64,000 nucleotides of DNA from the NCBI GenBank assembly GCA_047633195.1, contig JBLIEU010000004.1, forward strand, positions 6,145 to 70,144. Direction: 5' to 3'. Under the pieces are notes generated by a model. It was given only the letters and a program-made list of their open reading frames with translations, was not told the origin of the DNA and ran no database searches. This document shows, one piece after another, positions 40,443-51,375 of this stretch; position 1 is the stretch's first letter; the number at the start of each line of letters is the position of its first letter. Origin of the DNA: Cryomorphaceae bacterium (GTDB lineage Bacteria; Bacteroidota; Bacteroidia; Flavobacteriales_D; Cryomorphaceae). A program made the translations under genes and the position numbers.

Positions 40443-41189
40443 ATGACGGACAAAGTCAAATCAATTCTGATTTCCCAACCAAAACCAGCCTCTGATAAAT
40501 CGCCTTATTTCGAACTGGCTGATAAGTACAAGATTCAAATTGATTTTAGGCCATTCATTCACGTTGAAGGAGTTCCTGCAAAGGAGTTTCGCCAGCAAAG
40601 GGTGAATATAATGGAACATACGGCGATCATCTTGACCAGCCGAAATGCTGTTGACCACTTCTTCAGAATGTGCGAAGAAACGAGGGTGATCGTGCCTGAT
40701 TCACTAAAATACTTTTGCTTGTCAGAATCGACTGCTTACTACCTGCAGAAGTATGTGGTGTACCGCAAGAGGAAGATTTTTCACGGGAAGCAGAAATTCG
40801 AAGACTTGATGGAAGTGATCAAGAAACACAAGAATGAGAAGTTCTTGCTTCCTTGCTCTGATATCCACAAGCGCAGCATTACCGACCTGCTCGATAAGTT
40901 CAACATCAAGTACAGCAAGTCTGTTTTTTATAGAACGGTGTGTAGCGATTTGTCAGATTTGGCGGACGTGAACTATGATATGCTGGTGTTTTTCAGCCCA
41001 TCGGGTATTGAGTCTTTGCTCAAAAACTTCCCTGACTTCAAGCAGAATGCTACACGGATAGCTGCTTTTGGAACTACAACTGCCGAGGCAGTAAAAGATG
41101 CTGGCTTGACAATAAATGTCCATGCGCCAGCCCCTGGATTTCCGTCTATGTCAATGGCTATTGAGCATTACGTCAAGAAAGTGAAATAA
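40443..41189 (+). CDS. Uroporphyrinogen-III synthase family protein (HemD-like)
   Basis: KSILISQPKP, DFRPFIHVEG, TSRNAVDHFF, VFFSPSGI, IAAFG.TT. Confidence 0.85.
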   Translation: MTDKVKSILISQPKPASDKSPYFELADKYKIQIDFRPFIHVEGVPAKEFRQQRVNIMEHTAIILTSRNAVDHFFRMCEETRVIVPDSLKYFCLSESTAYYLQKYVVYRKRKIFHGKQKFEDLMEVIKKHKNEKFLLPCSDIHKRSITDLLDKFNIKYSKSVFYRTVCSDLSDLADVNYDMLVFFSPSGIESLLKNFPDFKQNATRIAAFGTTTAEAVKDAGLTINVHAPAPGFPSMSMAIEHYVKKVK

Positions 41190-41212
41190 CTCTTAAGAAA
41201 TATAAATCAATG

Positions 41213-41242
41213 AAAAAGGCGACCTTTTGGGTTGCCTTTTTT
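41213..41242 (+). terminator. Intrinsic terminator
   Basis: AAAAAGGCGACC-TTTTG-GGTTGCCTTTTTT. Confidence 0.75.
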
Positions 41243-41256
41243 ATTATTACCCTCTG

Positions 41257-41643
41257 ATGAGTTTTAAATTTCCAAAAGCTGAAAAAATTTGCTCTAAGCA
41301 TGAGATTGATGCTCTTTTTGAACAGGGTAGAAGTCTTAGATCAGGATCATTAGGCTTTAAGCTGTTATGGCAGGATACTCAAGAGTGGCCGCATCTAAAA
41401 TTTCTGGTCGTGGCGCCCAAAAGAAGGGTTAAGAAAGCCGTGGATCGCAATCGGCTAAAGAGGCAGCTGCGAGAAGTGATTCGGTTGAATAAAAAGGGTA
41501 TTGAAAATGAAGTCCTCAAATCCAATAAAAGACTTTTGATTGCCGTTATTTACAATGGGCATCCAAGATCAAACTATTCACAACTCCAGTCGTCTTTTAT
41601 TCGGGTGATAAATGAGATTCCAAAAGTGATTAACAAGATTTAA
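41257..41643 (+). CDS. rnpA: Ribonuclease P protein component
   Basis: FPKAEKI and RNR motif KKAVDRNRLKRQLRE; start at ATG 41257. Confidence 0.92.
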   Translation: MSFKFPKAEKICSKHEIDALFEQGRSLRSGSLGFKLLWQDTQEWPHLKFLVVAPKRRVKKAVDRNRLKRQLREVIRLNKKGIENEVLKSNKRLLIAVIYNGHPRSNYSQLQSSFIRVINEIPKVINKI

Positions 41644-41715
41644 TTGCCAATTGAAGCCAAATCAAAGGAATCAGATAGATTTCTGTTATAATTTTAGTCC
41701 TCAATTTACTTTTAT

Positions 41716-43371
41716 ATGAAGATTAAGGGAAAGAGAATATTTGTAGTTGCAGTAATTCTGGTTGTTGGGCTTTTAGGGATACGCGCAGTAGCTCCTGGAG
41801 ACAATTTTTTTGAAGTCTCAAAGAATCTGGAAATATTCGCGACCCTCTACAAAGAGTTGAACATTTACTACGTCGATGAAACCCAGCCGGGCGATTTGAT
41901 GAAAACGGGTATTGATGCGATGCTGCAATCTCTCGATCCTTATACCAACTACATTACCGAAAGCAATATTGAAGACTACCGCTTCATGACCACAGGTCAG
42001 TATGGTGGAATAGGTAGTTTGATTCGGTCGGTAGATGGGGACGTGTATATATCAGAGCCCTACGAGGACTCGCCCGCGCAGAAGTCTGGGTTGAGAGCGG
42101 GTGACAAGATAATTGAGATTGATGGAATTGCCATTGCAGATAAAGATCAAGAAGAAATCAGCTCATTGCTGAAAGGTCAATCGGGTACCGATTTGAAAGT
42201 CACCTATGAGAGATTTGGAATGGTGAGCGACGTAGCCATAACGAGAGAAGAAATCAAGATACCCGATGTACCGTATTACGGGATGATGCATGACAAAGTT
42301 GGCTACATAAGCCTCAACAGTTTTACACAAACTGCGAGTAAAGAAGTGCGCGAAGCATTCGTCGAGTTAAGGGACGATCACGGTATGGAAAAACTGATTT
42401 TCGATTTGCGCGGAAACGGTGGTGGACTTTTGCGCGAAGCCATTAACATCGTGAACTTTTTTGTGCCAAAAGGACAAGAAGTAGTGAGCACGAAAGGAAA
42501 GATTTCCGAGTGGGATAGAACTCACGTTGCCATTAACGACCCATTGGATTTAGAAATGCCCTTGGTCATTCTAGTAGATCAAGGAAGCGCATCTGCTTCT
42601 GAAATTGTATCGGGAAGTATTCAAGATCTTGATCGTGGTGTGGTGATTGGAAATACCACCTTCGGAAAAGGGCTTGTTCAGCAAACAAAAGATCTACAAT
42701 ACAACAGTAAGTTGAAACTGACTGTAGCCAAGTACTACATCCCGAGTGGTCGCTGCATTCAAAAATTGGATTACTCCAACAAGACAGAAGGCGGAGATGT
42801 GGAGGAGGTTCCCGATTCACTTTTGAAAAATTTTGCTACTAAAAGTGGCAGGGCCGTGATGGATGGCAGAGGAATAGAGCCAGATGTTAAAGTTGAAAAT
42901 AGAGAAATCCCCCATGTCGTTATAAGCTTGCTTACAGAGAATCTTTTTTTCAAATATGCCAGCGATTACGCGAATGATAGAGATACCATCGCCGATGCAG
43001 CTCGCTTCAAGTTGAGCGATGAAGACTACAGTAAATTCGTGAAATACTTAGATGGCAAGAACTACTCCTATACGACCGATACCGAGAAGGAATTTGAAAA
43101 ACTGGTTACCGTAGCTAAGGATGAAAAGTATTACGAGATCACCGAAGAGGCTTTTAAGCAAATGGAAGTAGCCATTAGTTCTAAGAAGAACAATGATTTG
43201 GAAATATTTAGAGAGGACATTGAAACAATTCTTGAGAATGAGATTGTATCTCGATATTACTACCAAAAAGGCCGAATCGAAAACAGTTTGGCAGAAGATC
43301 CAGCGATCGACTCTGCTATGACAATTCTTGCAAATACCGAGAAGTATAGCCAAATTTTAACGCCTCAATAA
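41716..43371 (+). CDS. S41 family C-terminal processing peptidase (PDZ)
   Basis: LDPYTNY, DLRGNGGGLL, SASASEIVSGSIQD, FGKGLVQ, KYYIPSGRCIQ. Confidence 0.93.
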   Translation: MKIKGKRIFVVAVILVVGLLGIRAVAPGDNFFEVSKNLEIFATLYKELNIYYVDETQPGDLMKTGIDAMLQSLDPYTNYITESNIEDYRFMTTGQYGGIGSLIRSVDGDVYISEPYEDSPAQKSGLRAGDKIIEIDGIAIADKDQEEISSLLKGQSGTDLKVTYERFGMVSDVAITREEIKIPDVPYYGMMHDKVGYISLNSFTQTASKEVREAFVELRDDHGMEKLIFDLRGNGGGLLREAINIVNFFVPKGQEVVSTKGKISEWDRTHVAINDPLDLEMPLVILVDQGSASASEIVSGSIQDLDRGVVIGNTTFGKGLVQQTKDLQYNSKLKLTVAKYYIPSGRCIQKLDYSNKTEGGDVEEVPDSLLKNFATKSGRAVMDGRGIEPDVKVENREIPHVVISLLTENLFFKYASDYANDRDTIADAARFKLSDEDYSKFVKYLDGKNYSYTTDTEKEFEKLVTVAKDEKYYEITEEAFKQMEVAISSKKNNDLEIFREDIETILENEIVSRYYYQKGRIENSLAEDPAIDSAMTILANTEKYSQILTPQ

Positions 43372-43372
43372 A

Positions 43373-44908
43373 TTGGCAATAGAATCTGGAAAGCTTCACA
43401 ACTATAGGCTTTACGTCATTTGCCTCTTGGCGATTGGCATGCCGAATTTGAATCTCTTAATGAGCATAGGAATCATCCTACTGCTCATTTTTTGGTTTAT
43501 AGGTCCTGGAGTCAAAAAAAGGATAAGCCGATTGACGCTCAATAATCCCGCTACATGGATGGCCGTACTTTTTCTTCTCCATGTTGTCTGGCTATTCAAT
43601 ACTTCTGATTGGACGTACGCAGTTAAGGACCTGCGGATAAAGCTTCCCTTAGTTGTGCTGGCTTTGGCATTGGGAACCATTAAATTGTCAAGAGACGATC
43701 TAAAGAAAATTTTCGTCGCTTTGGGCGTTGGAATATTTGCAGCAACCCTTGTGGGTTATTACCTCTATTTCTCCGATCCAATGGTTAAGATGGACCCCAG
43801 AAGCATGACTCCAGATATATCGCACATCAGACTCAGTTTGATGATTATCGTTTTCATAGGAGGCTGCCTCGCATTTTTTCGTGAAGCGGAAACCAAATGG
43901 AAGGTTTTGTCGGTCATTTCGGTTTTGAATGCCTGTATTTTCCTCTACTTTCTTCAGACTTTCACTGCTCTAGCCGTTCTTTTCGGAGGGTTGGGAATTC
44001 TTTTGATAAGGCAGGTTTTTATCCGGTCAGGAATCAATGTCAGAATTGCTGTATTGGCAAGTCTCATTGCAGTGCCCGTTGTTTTATTTTTTGCGGGGAA
44101 GAGCTATTACTCAAGCTATTTTGAGCTGTCTGAAGATGCCCTTCCGTTAATGAAACAGACCCTTGATGGCACTGCATATTACCATTATGACACGCTGCAG
44201 ATTGAGAATGGGAATTACCTCTATGCCAATATTGCTAAACTCGAATTGGTGGGAGCTTGGAACGAGCGGAGCTTAGTTAGAATAGACTATGACCCTGCAA
44301 AAAGTGATGCCCTTTTGGATAGGCTAATACGCTACCTTACGTCTAAAGGATTGGCAAAAGATAGACTCGGTGTCGCGAGTCTTTCCGATAGAGATATATC
44401 CAATATTGAAGCTGGATTTCCAGCAGTGGCGTATGCCGAGAAATCAGGGATGGAATTGAGGGTGCACACATTTTTACATGGAACTCACTTGTATTTAACT
44501 AAGGGAACCATGCAAGGGTCTTCTTTCTACCAGCGCTTTGTGTATTGGCAGATAGGATCCAACTTAGCACGCGAAAACTTTTTTGCAGGAGTAGGTACAG
44601 GAGATGTGAAGCAGTCTTTCAAAGATGCCTACGTCGATTACCCCATTTTCATAGAGCCGAAATTTCGCCACCGAGCTCACAATCAGTACATCACCTTTTT
44701 GGTCACTTTCGGCGTATTTGGACTTGTGTATTTTCTTGCCTTTTTAGGGTTTCTGATTTATAGATGGAAAAATAATGGTCTATACCTTTTCTTTACTATC
44801 GTAGCTCTTGTGTCGTTCTTGTCTGAAGATACTCTGGAAACTCAAGCAGGAGTCACTTTCTTCGCGTTCTTTGTTGGTCTCTTTTCTGCCGCTTCAGCAG
44901 AGGATTAG
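43373..44908 (+). CDS. O-antigen ligase family protein
   Basis: Multi-TM, R..YW, GVGTGD, HRAHNQY, EDTLETQAG. Confidence 0.82.
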   Translation: MAIESGKLHNYRLYVICLLAIGMPNLNLLMSIGIILLLIFWFIGPGVKKRISRLTLNNPATWMAVLFLLHVVWLFNTSDWTYAVKDLRIKLPLVVLALALGTIKLSRDDLKKIFVALGVGIFAATLVGYYLYFSDPMVKMDPRSMTPDISHIRLSLMIIVFIGGCLAFFREAETKWKVLSVISVLNACIFLYFLQTFTALAVLFGGLGILLIRQVFIRSGINVRIAVLASLIAVPVVLFFAGKSYYSSYFELSEDALPLMKQTLDGTAYYHYDTLQIENGNYLYANIAKLELVGAWNERSLVRIDYDPAKSDALLDRLIRYLTSKGLAKDRLGVASLSDRDISNIEAGFPAVAYAEKSGMELRVHTFLHGTHLYLTKGTMQGSSFYQRFVYWQIGSNLARENFFAGVGTGDVKQSFKDAYVDYPIFIEPKFRHRAHNQYITFLVTFGVFGLVYFLAFLGFLIYRWKNNGLYLFFTIVALVSFLSEDTLETQAGVTFFAFFVGLFSAASAED

Positions 44909-44926
44909 TTTCTATAACTTTAGGCT

Positions 44927-46042
44927 GTGATTATTAAGGAGAAAATCGGAATTCTGATTTACGGTAAGAAATTAGATGAGTCTAAGCGAGAGATTCTTAC
45001 CGCGGCTAAGATTATTGATAAGGGAGATTATAGAGTGACACTTTTCGGAATGAGTAAAAGTAAGGCTAAGGCAGCTGCGTCTCAAGCCCATTTAGAATAT
45101 GTTAAGCTAGGTCGAATAGCAGGTCGTCACGATTTTAATGCCTCTCTTAAGTTCACTCAGCTCTTAAAAGACAAAGACATTTCAACCGTCATTTTTAGGG
45201 ATCACCGCTCGACTAACCTCTTGGTTACGGCCAAGTTTCTAATGAAAGGAAGATTGAGGCTGGTCTTTATACAGGAGAGACATTTGTCCGAGATGAAATC
45301 CGATTTACTACACACGTTTCGTTTCAACCAAATTGATGCTTGGATCACACCGATCAATCAAACGGCCAACAATGTGAAAGCAGCGACTAATCTCGCTCTT
45401 GATAAAGTTCATGTACTGCCCCTTCCTATCCCCAGAAAACCATTCCAATTTGATGAGGATGAAAGGAACCTGAGAAAATCTATTTTATTTGGCGACCCAG
45501 AAAGCACCGTTGTAGGATGGAGTGTACCAAAAGACCAAGGTCTGATTCAGAGAACTGGGCGAAAGTTATTACAGTTACTCAAGTTGAATAAGGGGATTAA
45601 TGTATGCTTGAATCTTCAAGGGTCAAAACTGGAAGAATTTTTTGCGGAGATACCTGAAATGAATGCATTCAAAGATGTAATCAAGGCAACGCCTTTTGAT
45701 CCCCACGATGCGGATATGTACGCTCATTTGGATGCTTTATTTATCGATCCTGAAAGTGAACCTTTTTCGGGAATAACGCGGAGAGCTCTGATGGCTGGCA
45801 TTTTACCCATGGCTCCGAAATCCTTAGTTGCAGACGAATTACTAAGCAACGGAAAGCACGGTATAATCTATTCCGACATGGATAACTCTGCTTTGTTTGA
45901 GAAGGCTATCGATCGATCTTTTCTAGCTTCTTTTAGGGCAGAATCTCAAGAGTATATAGGGGAGTACTACACAAAAAAGCGCTTCAAGGAGAACCTTGAA
46001 GCGCTGATATATGCTTTGCCTAAACAGGCCAAAGCTCGTTAG
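44927..46042 (+). CDS. Divergent GT-B (GT4-like) glycosyltransferase-like protein
   Basis: C-terminal DALFIDPESEPFSGITRRALMAG resembles the GT4 EX7E region; follows the O-antigen ligase gene. Confidence 0.5.
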   Translation: MIIKEKIGILIYGKKLDESKREILTAAKIIDKGDYRVTLFGMSKSKAKAAASQAHLEYVKLGRIAGRHDFNASLKFTQLLKDKDISTVIFRDHRSTNLLVTAKFLMKGRLRLVFIQERHLSEMKSDLLHTFRFNQIDAWITPINQTANNVKAATNLALDKVHVLPLPIPRKPFQFDEDERNLRKSILFGDPESTVVGWSVPKDQGLIQRTGRKLLQLLKLNKGINVCLNLQGSKLEEFFAEIPEMNAFKDVIKATPFDPHDADMYAHLDALFIDPESEPFSGITRRALMAGILPMAPKSLVADELLSNGKHGIIYSDMDNSALFEKAIDRSFLASFRAESQEYIGEYYTKKRFKENLEALIYALPKQAKAR

Positions 46043-46120
46043 AGTCTGTCCAGAAAGTGCATTGTCATGCCTTCAGCTTGGTCTGAGGACGTACTAATGA
46101 ATTTTCTAGTTCAGTCTCTC
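46040..46120. repeat. Imperfect ~80-bp palindrome between convergent genes (REP/MITE-like)
   Basis: Nested arms AGAGTCTG/CAGTCTCT, AGAAAGT/ATTTTCT, CATT/AATG, CTTCAG/CTGAGG. Confidence 0.5.
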
Positions 46121-46139
46121 GATTAATGATAAACAAACA

Positions 46140-48806
46140 CTAGAGTGTTTTGACCCATTTTCCCGAGCGAAGGTCTTTTCCATCGACCGTTTGCAGTCTG
46201 TAGATGTACATCCCGATCTCAAGTTCTGCAACGTCGATCTGTTGCAATCCTTCATTTACTCTTAGTGCTTTCACTTCCTTACCGGAAACATCGAAAATTC
46301 GGAATACTACATTTTCTCCGCCAACGGATTGGGTTAAGTTGAAATCGAGGTTGAACTGATTCCCAGAAGGGTTAGGATAAACGCTGAAAGCAACCACCCC
46401 ATTGTTTTCATTCACAGAAGTGACATCGGCAATGGTCATGCAGTAATCTTCCGTTTCTCCCCAAACAAAAGTCTCACATGTTGAAATATCGTCGGGAATT
46501 CCGAATCCACCAACATATTTCATGGCGATTCTCATTCGGGTAGCTCCAAGTAATGCATCCTCTGGAATGGTGATTTCACCTTCAACAGGTTGATCCGACC
46601 CTTGATCAGAGCTCAATAATTCTTCGTCATTCGAAAATTGTCCATCTTGGTCTAAATCGATCCATATTTTGAAAAACTCAGGAAAGGTTTGGCCCTGAAA
46701 ACCAGGAGTAAGTAAAGCTTCATACGTTTCTCCTTGACCAAGGATAATATCAAAGTCTTCAAAAAGAGCATATCCGCCGTTGTTCCCAGTTTCAAAAGTG
46801 TATTCCCCGATTATCACTTCTTCGATGAACTCTTCCGAGCTGTCTTCTCCAAAGTTTGGACAATAGGCATTGTCTAAGCAAGCGCCGCAACCCTTGGTTC
46901 TTGCATCACTAATGATACCTGCTTCTTGATCTTCGGCACATGCTGGTGAAACGAGAAATTCGTATTCTGCGCATGACTCGAGACCATCTACTGTTGCTTC
47001 ATTCTGGTCGGGGTAGTTTCCGTATAGAATCCATTCGTTGGAATCCAAGACTCTGTAGTAAACATTGTAAGACTCAATTCCAAAATCAGTAGACCATGAA
47101 ACGTTGGCCTCAGTTTCTAATTCAGTTTCAGCCTCGAAAGTTTCAGGAACCACACAGCAACCCAATGTAGAAATGGTAAGGCATGACGTATACGATACTT
47201 CGCCACCTTCCTCGCACGATGAGCCGATTTCAAAATCGTAGGTGCTACAGATACTCAGCGTGTCGAGTATCAGAGATGTGTCTTCAATACCTTCAATTAC
47301 GATCCACTCATCACTGTCTTGTGGCTTAAAGCGAACTGTTGCAACATTTCCTGAAACATTTGTCCAAGAGACGGTATAAACAGTATCATTTTCCAATGCA
47401 GATGTAAAAGCGAGAGGAGGAATACATATGTTTTCGTCCAGACAGGCATTCATGATTTCCAGTAAGCTATTGAATGCGTTGATTCTCCCACCTGTTAGGG
47501 TTTCTCCTACTAAGTTTGGTATGATATCGACTCCGTCAAATAAGGCTTGACGAACCAAGTCAGCTCCACCTTGAGGGTCGTTTCTTACGAATTCCGCAAA
47601 GCTTTCGCAAGGCGCAGAATACAGGAGTGCAATCACCCCTGCTGTTAGGGGTGAAGCAAATGAGGTTCCCGAAGTAGAGGTTATTCCATTATTCCCAGCT
47701 GTAGTAACTACATTTTCTCCAGGTGCTCCGAGGTCTATTGTTGTAGCTCCAAAGCCAGAGAAAGTCCGAACGTCGCTGCTGTTTGTTGCCGTAACACTTA
47801 CCATATACTCACTTGGCAAAGCTGTAGGAATATCACCTACTGCGTCAATGTTTACGTTGTTATTGGCAGTAGCTCCGCAATTCAAAATTCCATAAGCACC
47901 TAAGCTATCGTATGTGGCATTCCATAATGGTACATCATTTGGGTCACCACCATCAATACCCCATGAAGCATTTGTAGCTACGACGAACGCTCCAGAGTCT
48001 CCGTTTGTCTGATTGTAACGTTGACGCATTACGAGAGGGTATGAATAGGCTTCAATGACCGATGCTTCATTAAAGATATTTTCTCCTGAAACAGACATGA
48101 TTTTAATGTCCCAGTTTGCTCCAATTACTCCAATTTCATTTCCACCAATAGCTCCGATCATTCCCATTACGTTTGTCCCATGACCTCCCTGAAGAACGGA
48201 ACCTCCGTCGGAATTGCTGTTCACATCCCATCCTAAATAATCATCAACGTAACCGTTCAAATCATCATCAATCCCATTATTCGGAATTTCTTGAAGGTTA
48301 GTCCAAGCATTGACTTGAAGGTCGATGTGATTTAAGTTTCCACCTTCTATTACACAAACTACTATTTCATCCCCGATGGCCGTTGTTCCACCTGTTGTAA
48401 GGCCCCAAGCCAAATCAGAATCTATATCAGCATCTATCGTTCCTCCATTTTGCCCCGTATTGTTGTGGTGCCACTGAGCCGAATAGCTAGGGTCATTGAT
48501 TTCATCACATCTCCTTTCTACTACGTGGTTGAATTGAGCCAGACTCACTTTTGGATTGGAACGAATAGCCGCAAGCAGTGCATCTGCATTGGAGCTTTCA
48601 TTAAATTGAAAGCGATAAATATTCATAGGCCCAGATAGAAGCTTGCCTGACTGAAGGTTTCCATATTCGGCGGCCAATTGGTCAGGAGTCACTCCTTTTT
48701 CTAGTTGGATCAGGATCTCTCCTTCTACACGGGCCATTTGCCCTTTCGTGTTTACTGAAAATAAGGCCACTATGCTGGCCGTAAAGAGTAAAGCTTTAAT
48801 ATTCAT
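46140..48806 (-). CDS. S8 subtilase with FN3-like and GEVED domains and a T9SS type A CTD
   Basis: Signal peptide, NNGIDDDLNGYVDD, HGTNVMG, DLGAPG, SGTSFASP, WIDLDQDG, GETEDY, YPNPS. Confidence 0.9.
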   Translation of the reverse strand: MNIKALLFTASIVALFSVNTKGQMARVEGEILIQLEKGVTPDQLAAEYGNLQSGKLLSGPMNIYRFQFNESSNADALLAAIRSNPKVSLAQFNHVVERRCDEINDPSYSAQWHHNNTGQNGGTIDADIDSDLAWGLTTGGTTAIGDEIVVCVIEGGNLNHIDLQVNAWTNLQEIPNNGIDDDLNGYVDDYLGWDVNSNSDGGSVLQGGHGTNVMGMIGAIGGNEIGVIGANWDIKIMSVSGENIFNEASVIEAYSYPLVMRQRYNQTNGDSGAFVVATNASWGIDGGDPNDVPLWNATYDSLGAYGILNCGATANNNVNIDAVGDIPTALPSEYMVSVTATNSSDVRTFSGFGATTIDLGAPGENVVTTAGNNGITSTSGTSFASPLTAGVIALLYSAPCESFAEFVRNDPQGGADLVRQALFDGVDIIPNLVGETLTGGRINAFNSLLEIMNACLDENICIPPLAFTSALENDTVYTVSWTNVSGNVATVRFKPQDSDEWIVIEGIEDTSLILDTLSICSTYDFEIGSSCEEGGEVSYTSCLTISTLGCCVVPETFEAETELETEANVSWSTDFGIESYNVYYRVLDSNEWILYGNYPDQNEATVDGLESCAEYEFLVSPACAEDQEAGIISDARTKGCGACLDNAYCPNFGEDSSEEFIEEVIIGEYTFETGNNGGYALFEDFDIILGQGETYEALLTPGFQGQTFPEFFKIWIDLDQDGQFSNDEELLSSDQGSDQPVEGEITIPEDALLGATRMRIAMKYVGGFGIPDDISTCETFVWGETEDYCMTIADVTSVNENNGVVAFSVYPNPSGNQFNLDFNLTQSVGGENVVFRIFDVSGKEVKALRVNEGLQQIDVAELEIGMYIYRLQTVDGKDLRSGKWVKTL

Positions 48807-48900
48807 GTGTGGTGGTGGGATTGTTCAAAAAAAGTCTCGAGCTGTAAGAACGCATTTTAACAACTCTAAAACCCTCGATCTTGTTCAGAACCTTGGAATT

Positions 48901-51375
48901 CTATTCCTTGAAGAAGACTCTTTTAACCCTTTGAGAAATGTTGGTAAGAACCTCATACGGGATCGTATTCAGATTGTCAGCCAGATCGTAAATCGAATTG
49001 TTTTCGCCAAAGATCTCTACCTCGTCGCCTTCGTCACATTCGATGTCAGAAAGATCGATCATAGCCATGTCCATACAAATATTGCCGATGAACGGGGCCG
49101 TCTTACCATGGATATTAACCTGACCATTTCCATTGCCGAGAGCCCTCGGAAGACCATCGGCATAACCCATGGCTATTATTCCTATTCGTTTGTCAGCGTC
49201 CAGCACTTGCTTGGGTGAGTATCCAATACCTTCACCCTTTGGAGCAGTTCTTATTTGAGATAAAACTGTTTTTAAACGACCGATTGGCTGCAGTCTTTTT
49301 CTAAATATTACGTTTGCCGAAAGGCCGTATAGACCCAAGCCAAGTCGTACCATGTCCATTTGAGCCTCCTCGTGACGCAGTATCCCGTTCGAGTTTAGAA
49401 TATGTCGAATGAACCCCGTAATCCCCTTTTGCTCCAATTTTTGGCATGCATCATTGAATCGACTAATTTGACTTTTGGTCAATTGATCAAACTTTTCGTC
49501 ATCGCTGCTAGCTAAATGTGAAAAAGCTGAATACACCGTCACTTGATTTTTTAGTGAGAGAAGCTCATCTGACAAACGATCAATTTCTGTCAAATCAAAT
49601 CCCAACCTATTCATACCTGTATTCACTTTGAGGTGAATACGGTAGGGCATCTGATCCGAATGGGCGGACAATGCCATCTTAAATTTTTCCAGCGTAAGAA
49701 AGCTGTAGATCTGAGGTTCCAGCTCATACCTTATCATAGAGTCGTATGCAGAAGAGACGGGGTTCAGCACCATTATGGGAGTTTTGATACCCGATTCGCG
49801 CAATGCGATTCCTTCATCTGCATAGGCCACTGCCAAGTAATCTACGCCAGAGTACTCCAAAGCGGCGGCTACTTCTGAGCTTCCGCTCCCGTAAGCAAAA
49901 GCCTTCACCATGGCCATAATCTGAACAGAAGGTTTGAGCAAAGACCTGATGTAGTCCAGATTGTGGTTCATCTTGTTCAGGTTGATTTCCATTACGGTTT
50001 CGTGCGTCTTGGCTTCCAACCGATGCACGATTCGCTCAAATCGAAAAGTACGAGCACCTTTAACCAAAATGCTTAATTCTATAAATTCATTCGGAATGAA
50101 GGCATGGAGAAATTCGTCCGTGTCTTTAAAAAAGTGGCCGTCAAACTCCTCGAACAAATGCTTTTGGTTGCTGATTTCATTTCCAATACCATAGAAGAAT
50201 TTTATTTTCTTCCGCCTCATATTTTCAGCAACGCGTCCATAAAGAAATTCAGACTCCTCGCCCGTCTGTAAGACATCGCTGAGAATAACGACCTTCTCTT
50301 GCCCCTGAGATTGCATATTCAAAAAATCGAGAGCAATATCTAGTGAGGCAAAATCAGAATTATAGGAATCGTTGATGATGGTACAATTGTTAATTCCCGC
50401 TCGTTTTTCGAGCCTCATTGCTATCGGTCGAAGAGCAGCTAAACGAGCTGTGATATCATTTTGATCGAGTCCTTGATGCAGCAGAAATAGCCAACAATGA
50501 CAGGCATTCTCAATGGACGCACTATCTGAAAATGGAATGGTTACCTCCAGCTGCTCGCCTTGATAGCTTCCTTGAATGGTGGATGTTTCGGCATTTGTGT
50601 CAATGGCTCTAATCACCAAATCACAATCCTCACTTTGTCCCCAGGTAAAAGTTTTTCCTCGGTATTCTTTTGAGATAACGTCTTGGACGATCTCGTGATC
50701 CCCGCAAGAAATAAGCACTTCAGTATGCAGAAAGAGCTGCATTTTTTCCAATGCTTTTTCTCTGTAATCCTGAAAATTCTCTTGGTGAGCAGGACCAATA
50801 TTTATAAAGATACCAATGGTTGGCTTTACGATTCGTTCCAGCTTTGTCATTTCCCCTTTTTTGGAAATGCCGCATTCGATGATCGCTAGATCGTGGTTGC
50901 TCCGCATTTGCCAAAGAGAAAGCGGAACACCGATTTGTGAGTTGTAGCTCCGTGGACTTCGCACGACGGATATGTCGGGCTGCAGTATTTGAAAAAGCCA
51001 TTCTTTGATAATGGTTTTCCCATTGCTACCCGTAATTCCCAGAACGGGATAATTAAACTTTTGGCGGTGAGCAGAAGCTAGAGTCTGCAGTGCAGAAAGC
51101 GTATTTTCAACGCGGAGAAAATTCGCGTCAGGAAACTCCCTTTCGTCGATCGGGTTGGAAATCACGAAAATCCGCACACCTTTTCTGTACAGTTCTCCGA
51201 TGTATTTGTGACCGTTGTTTCTCTCCGTATTTATGGCAAAGAACACAAAGCCCTTCCCTCCTGAATAGGTGCGGCTGTCGGTTAGTAGGTCGTGAATGTA
51301 TTCGTCACTATGTATGGAAGTTTCTGCTCCAATGATTTGAATTATTTCAGAGAGTTTGTAAGAGGTCCTGCTCAT
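48901..51375 (-). CDS. alr: Bifunctional MurF-like ligase / alanine racemase
   Basis: [18 protein letters not shown] and INDSYN (MurF-like); [33 protein letters not shown] and TIPYE (Alr). Confidence 0.93.
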   Translation of the reverse strand: MSRTSYKLSEIIQIIGAETSIHSDEYIHDLLTDSRTYSGGKGFVFFAINTERNNGHKYIGELYRKGVRIFVISNPIDEREFPDANFLRVENTLSALQTLASAHRQKFNYPVLGITGSNGKTIIKEWLFQILQPDISVVRSPRSYNSQIGVPLSLWQMRSNHDLAIIECGISKKGEMTKLERIVKPTIGIFINIGPAHQENFQDYREKALEKMQLFLHTEVLISCGDHEIVQDVISKEYRGKTFTWGQSEDCDLVIRAIDTNAETSTIQGSYQGEQLEVTIPFSDSASIENACHCWLFLLHQGLDQNDITARLAALRPIAMRLEKRAGINNCTIINDSYNSDFASLDIALDFLNMQSQGQEKVVILSDVLQTGEESEFLYGRVAENMRRKKIKFFYGIGNEISNQKHLFEEFDGHFFKDTDEFLHAFIPNEFIELSILVKGARTFRFERIVHRLEAKTHETVMEINLNKMNHNLDYIRSLLKPSVQIMAMVKAFAYGSGSSEVAAALEYSGVDYLAVAYADEGIALRESGIKTPIMVLNPVSSAYDSMIRYELEPQIYSFLTLEKFKMALSAHSDQMPYRIHLKVNTGMNRLGFDLTEIDRLSDELLSLKNQVTVYSAFSHLASSDDEKFDQLTKSQISRFNDACQKLEQKGITGFIRHILNSNGILRHEEAQMDMVRLGLGLYGLSANVIFRKRLQPIGRLKTVLSQIRTAPKGEGIGYSPKQVLDADKRIGIIAMGYADGLPRALGNGNGQVNIHGKTAPFIGNICMDMAMIDLSDIECDEGDEVEIFGENNSIYDLADNLNTIPYEVLTNISQRVKRVFFKE

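Noticed and set aside
37840-41189. Two HemD-like genes (and two S41 proteases in the window) as a novelty
   Set aside because: To my knowledge both are common in Bacteroidota, in these same gene contexts.
48901-51375. MurF-Alr fusion as a novelty
   Set aside because: This fusion is well known in Bacteroidota.
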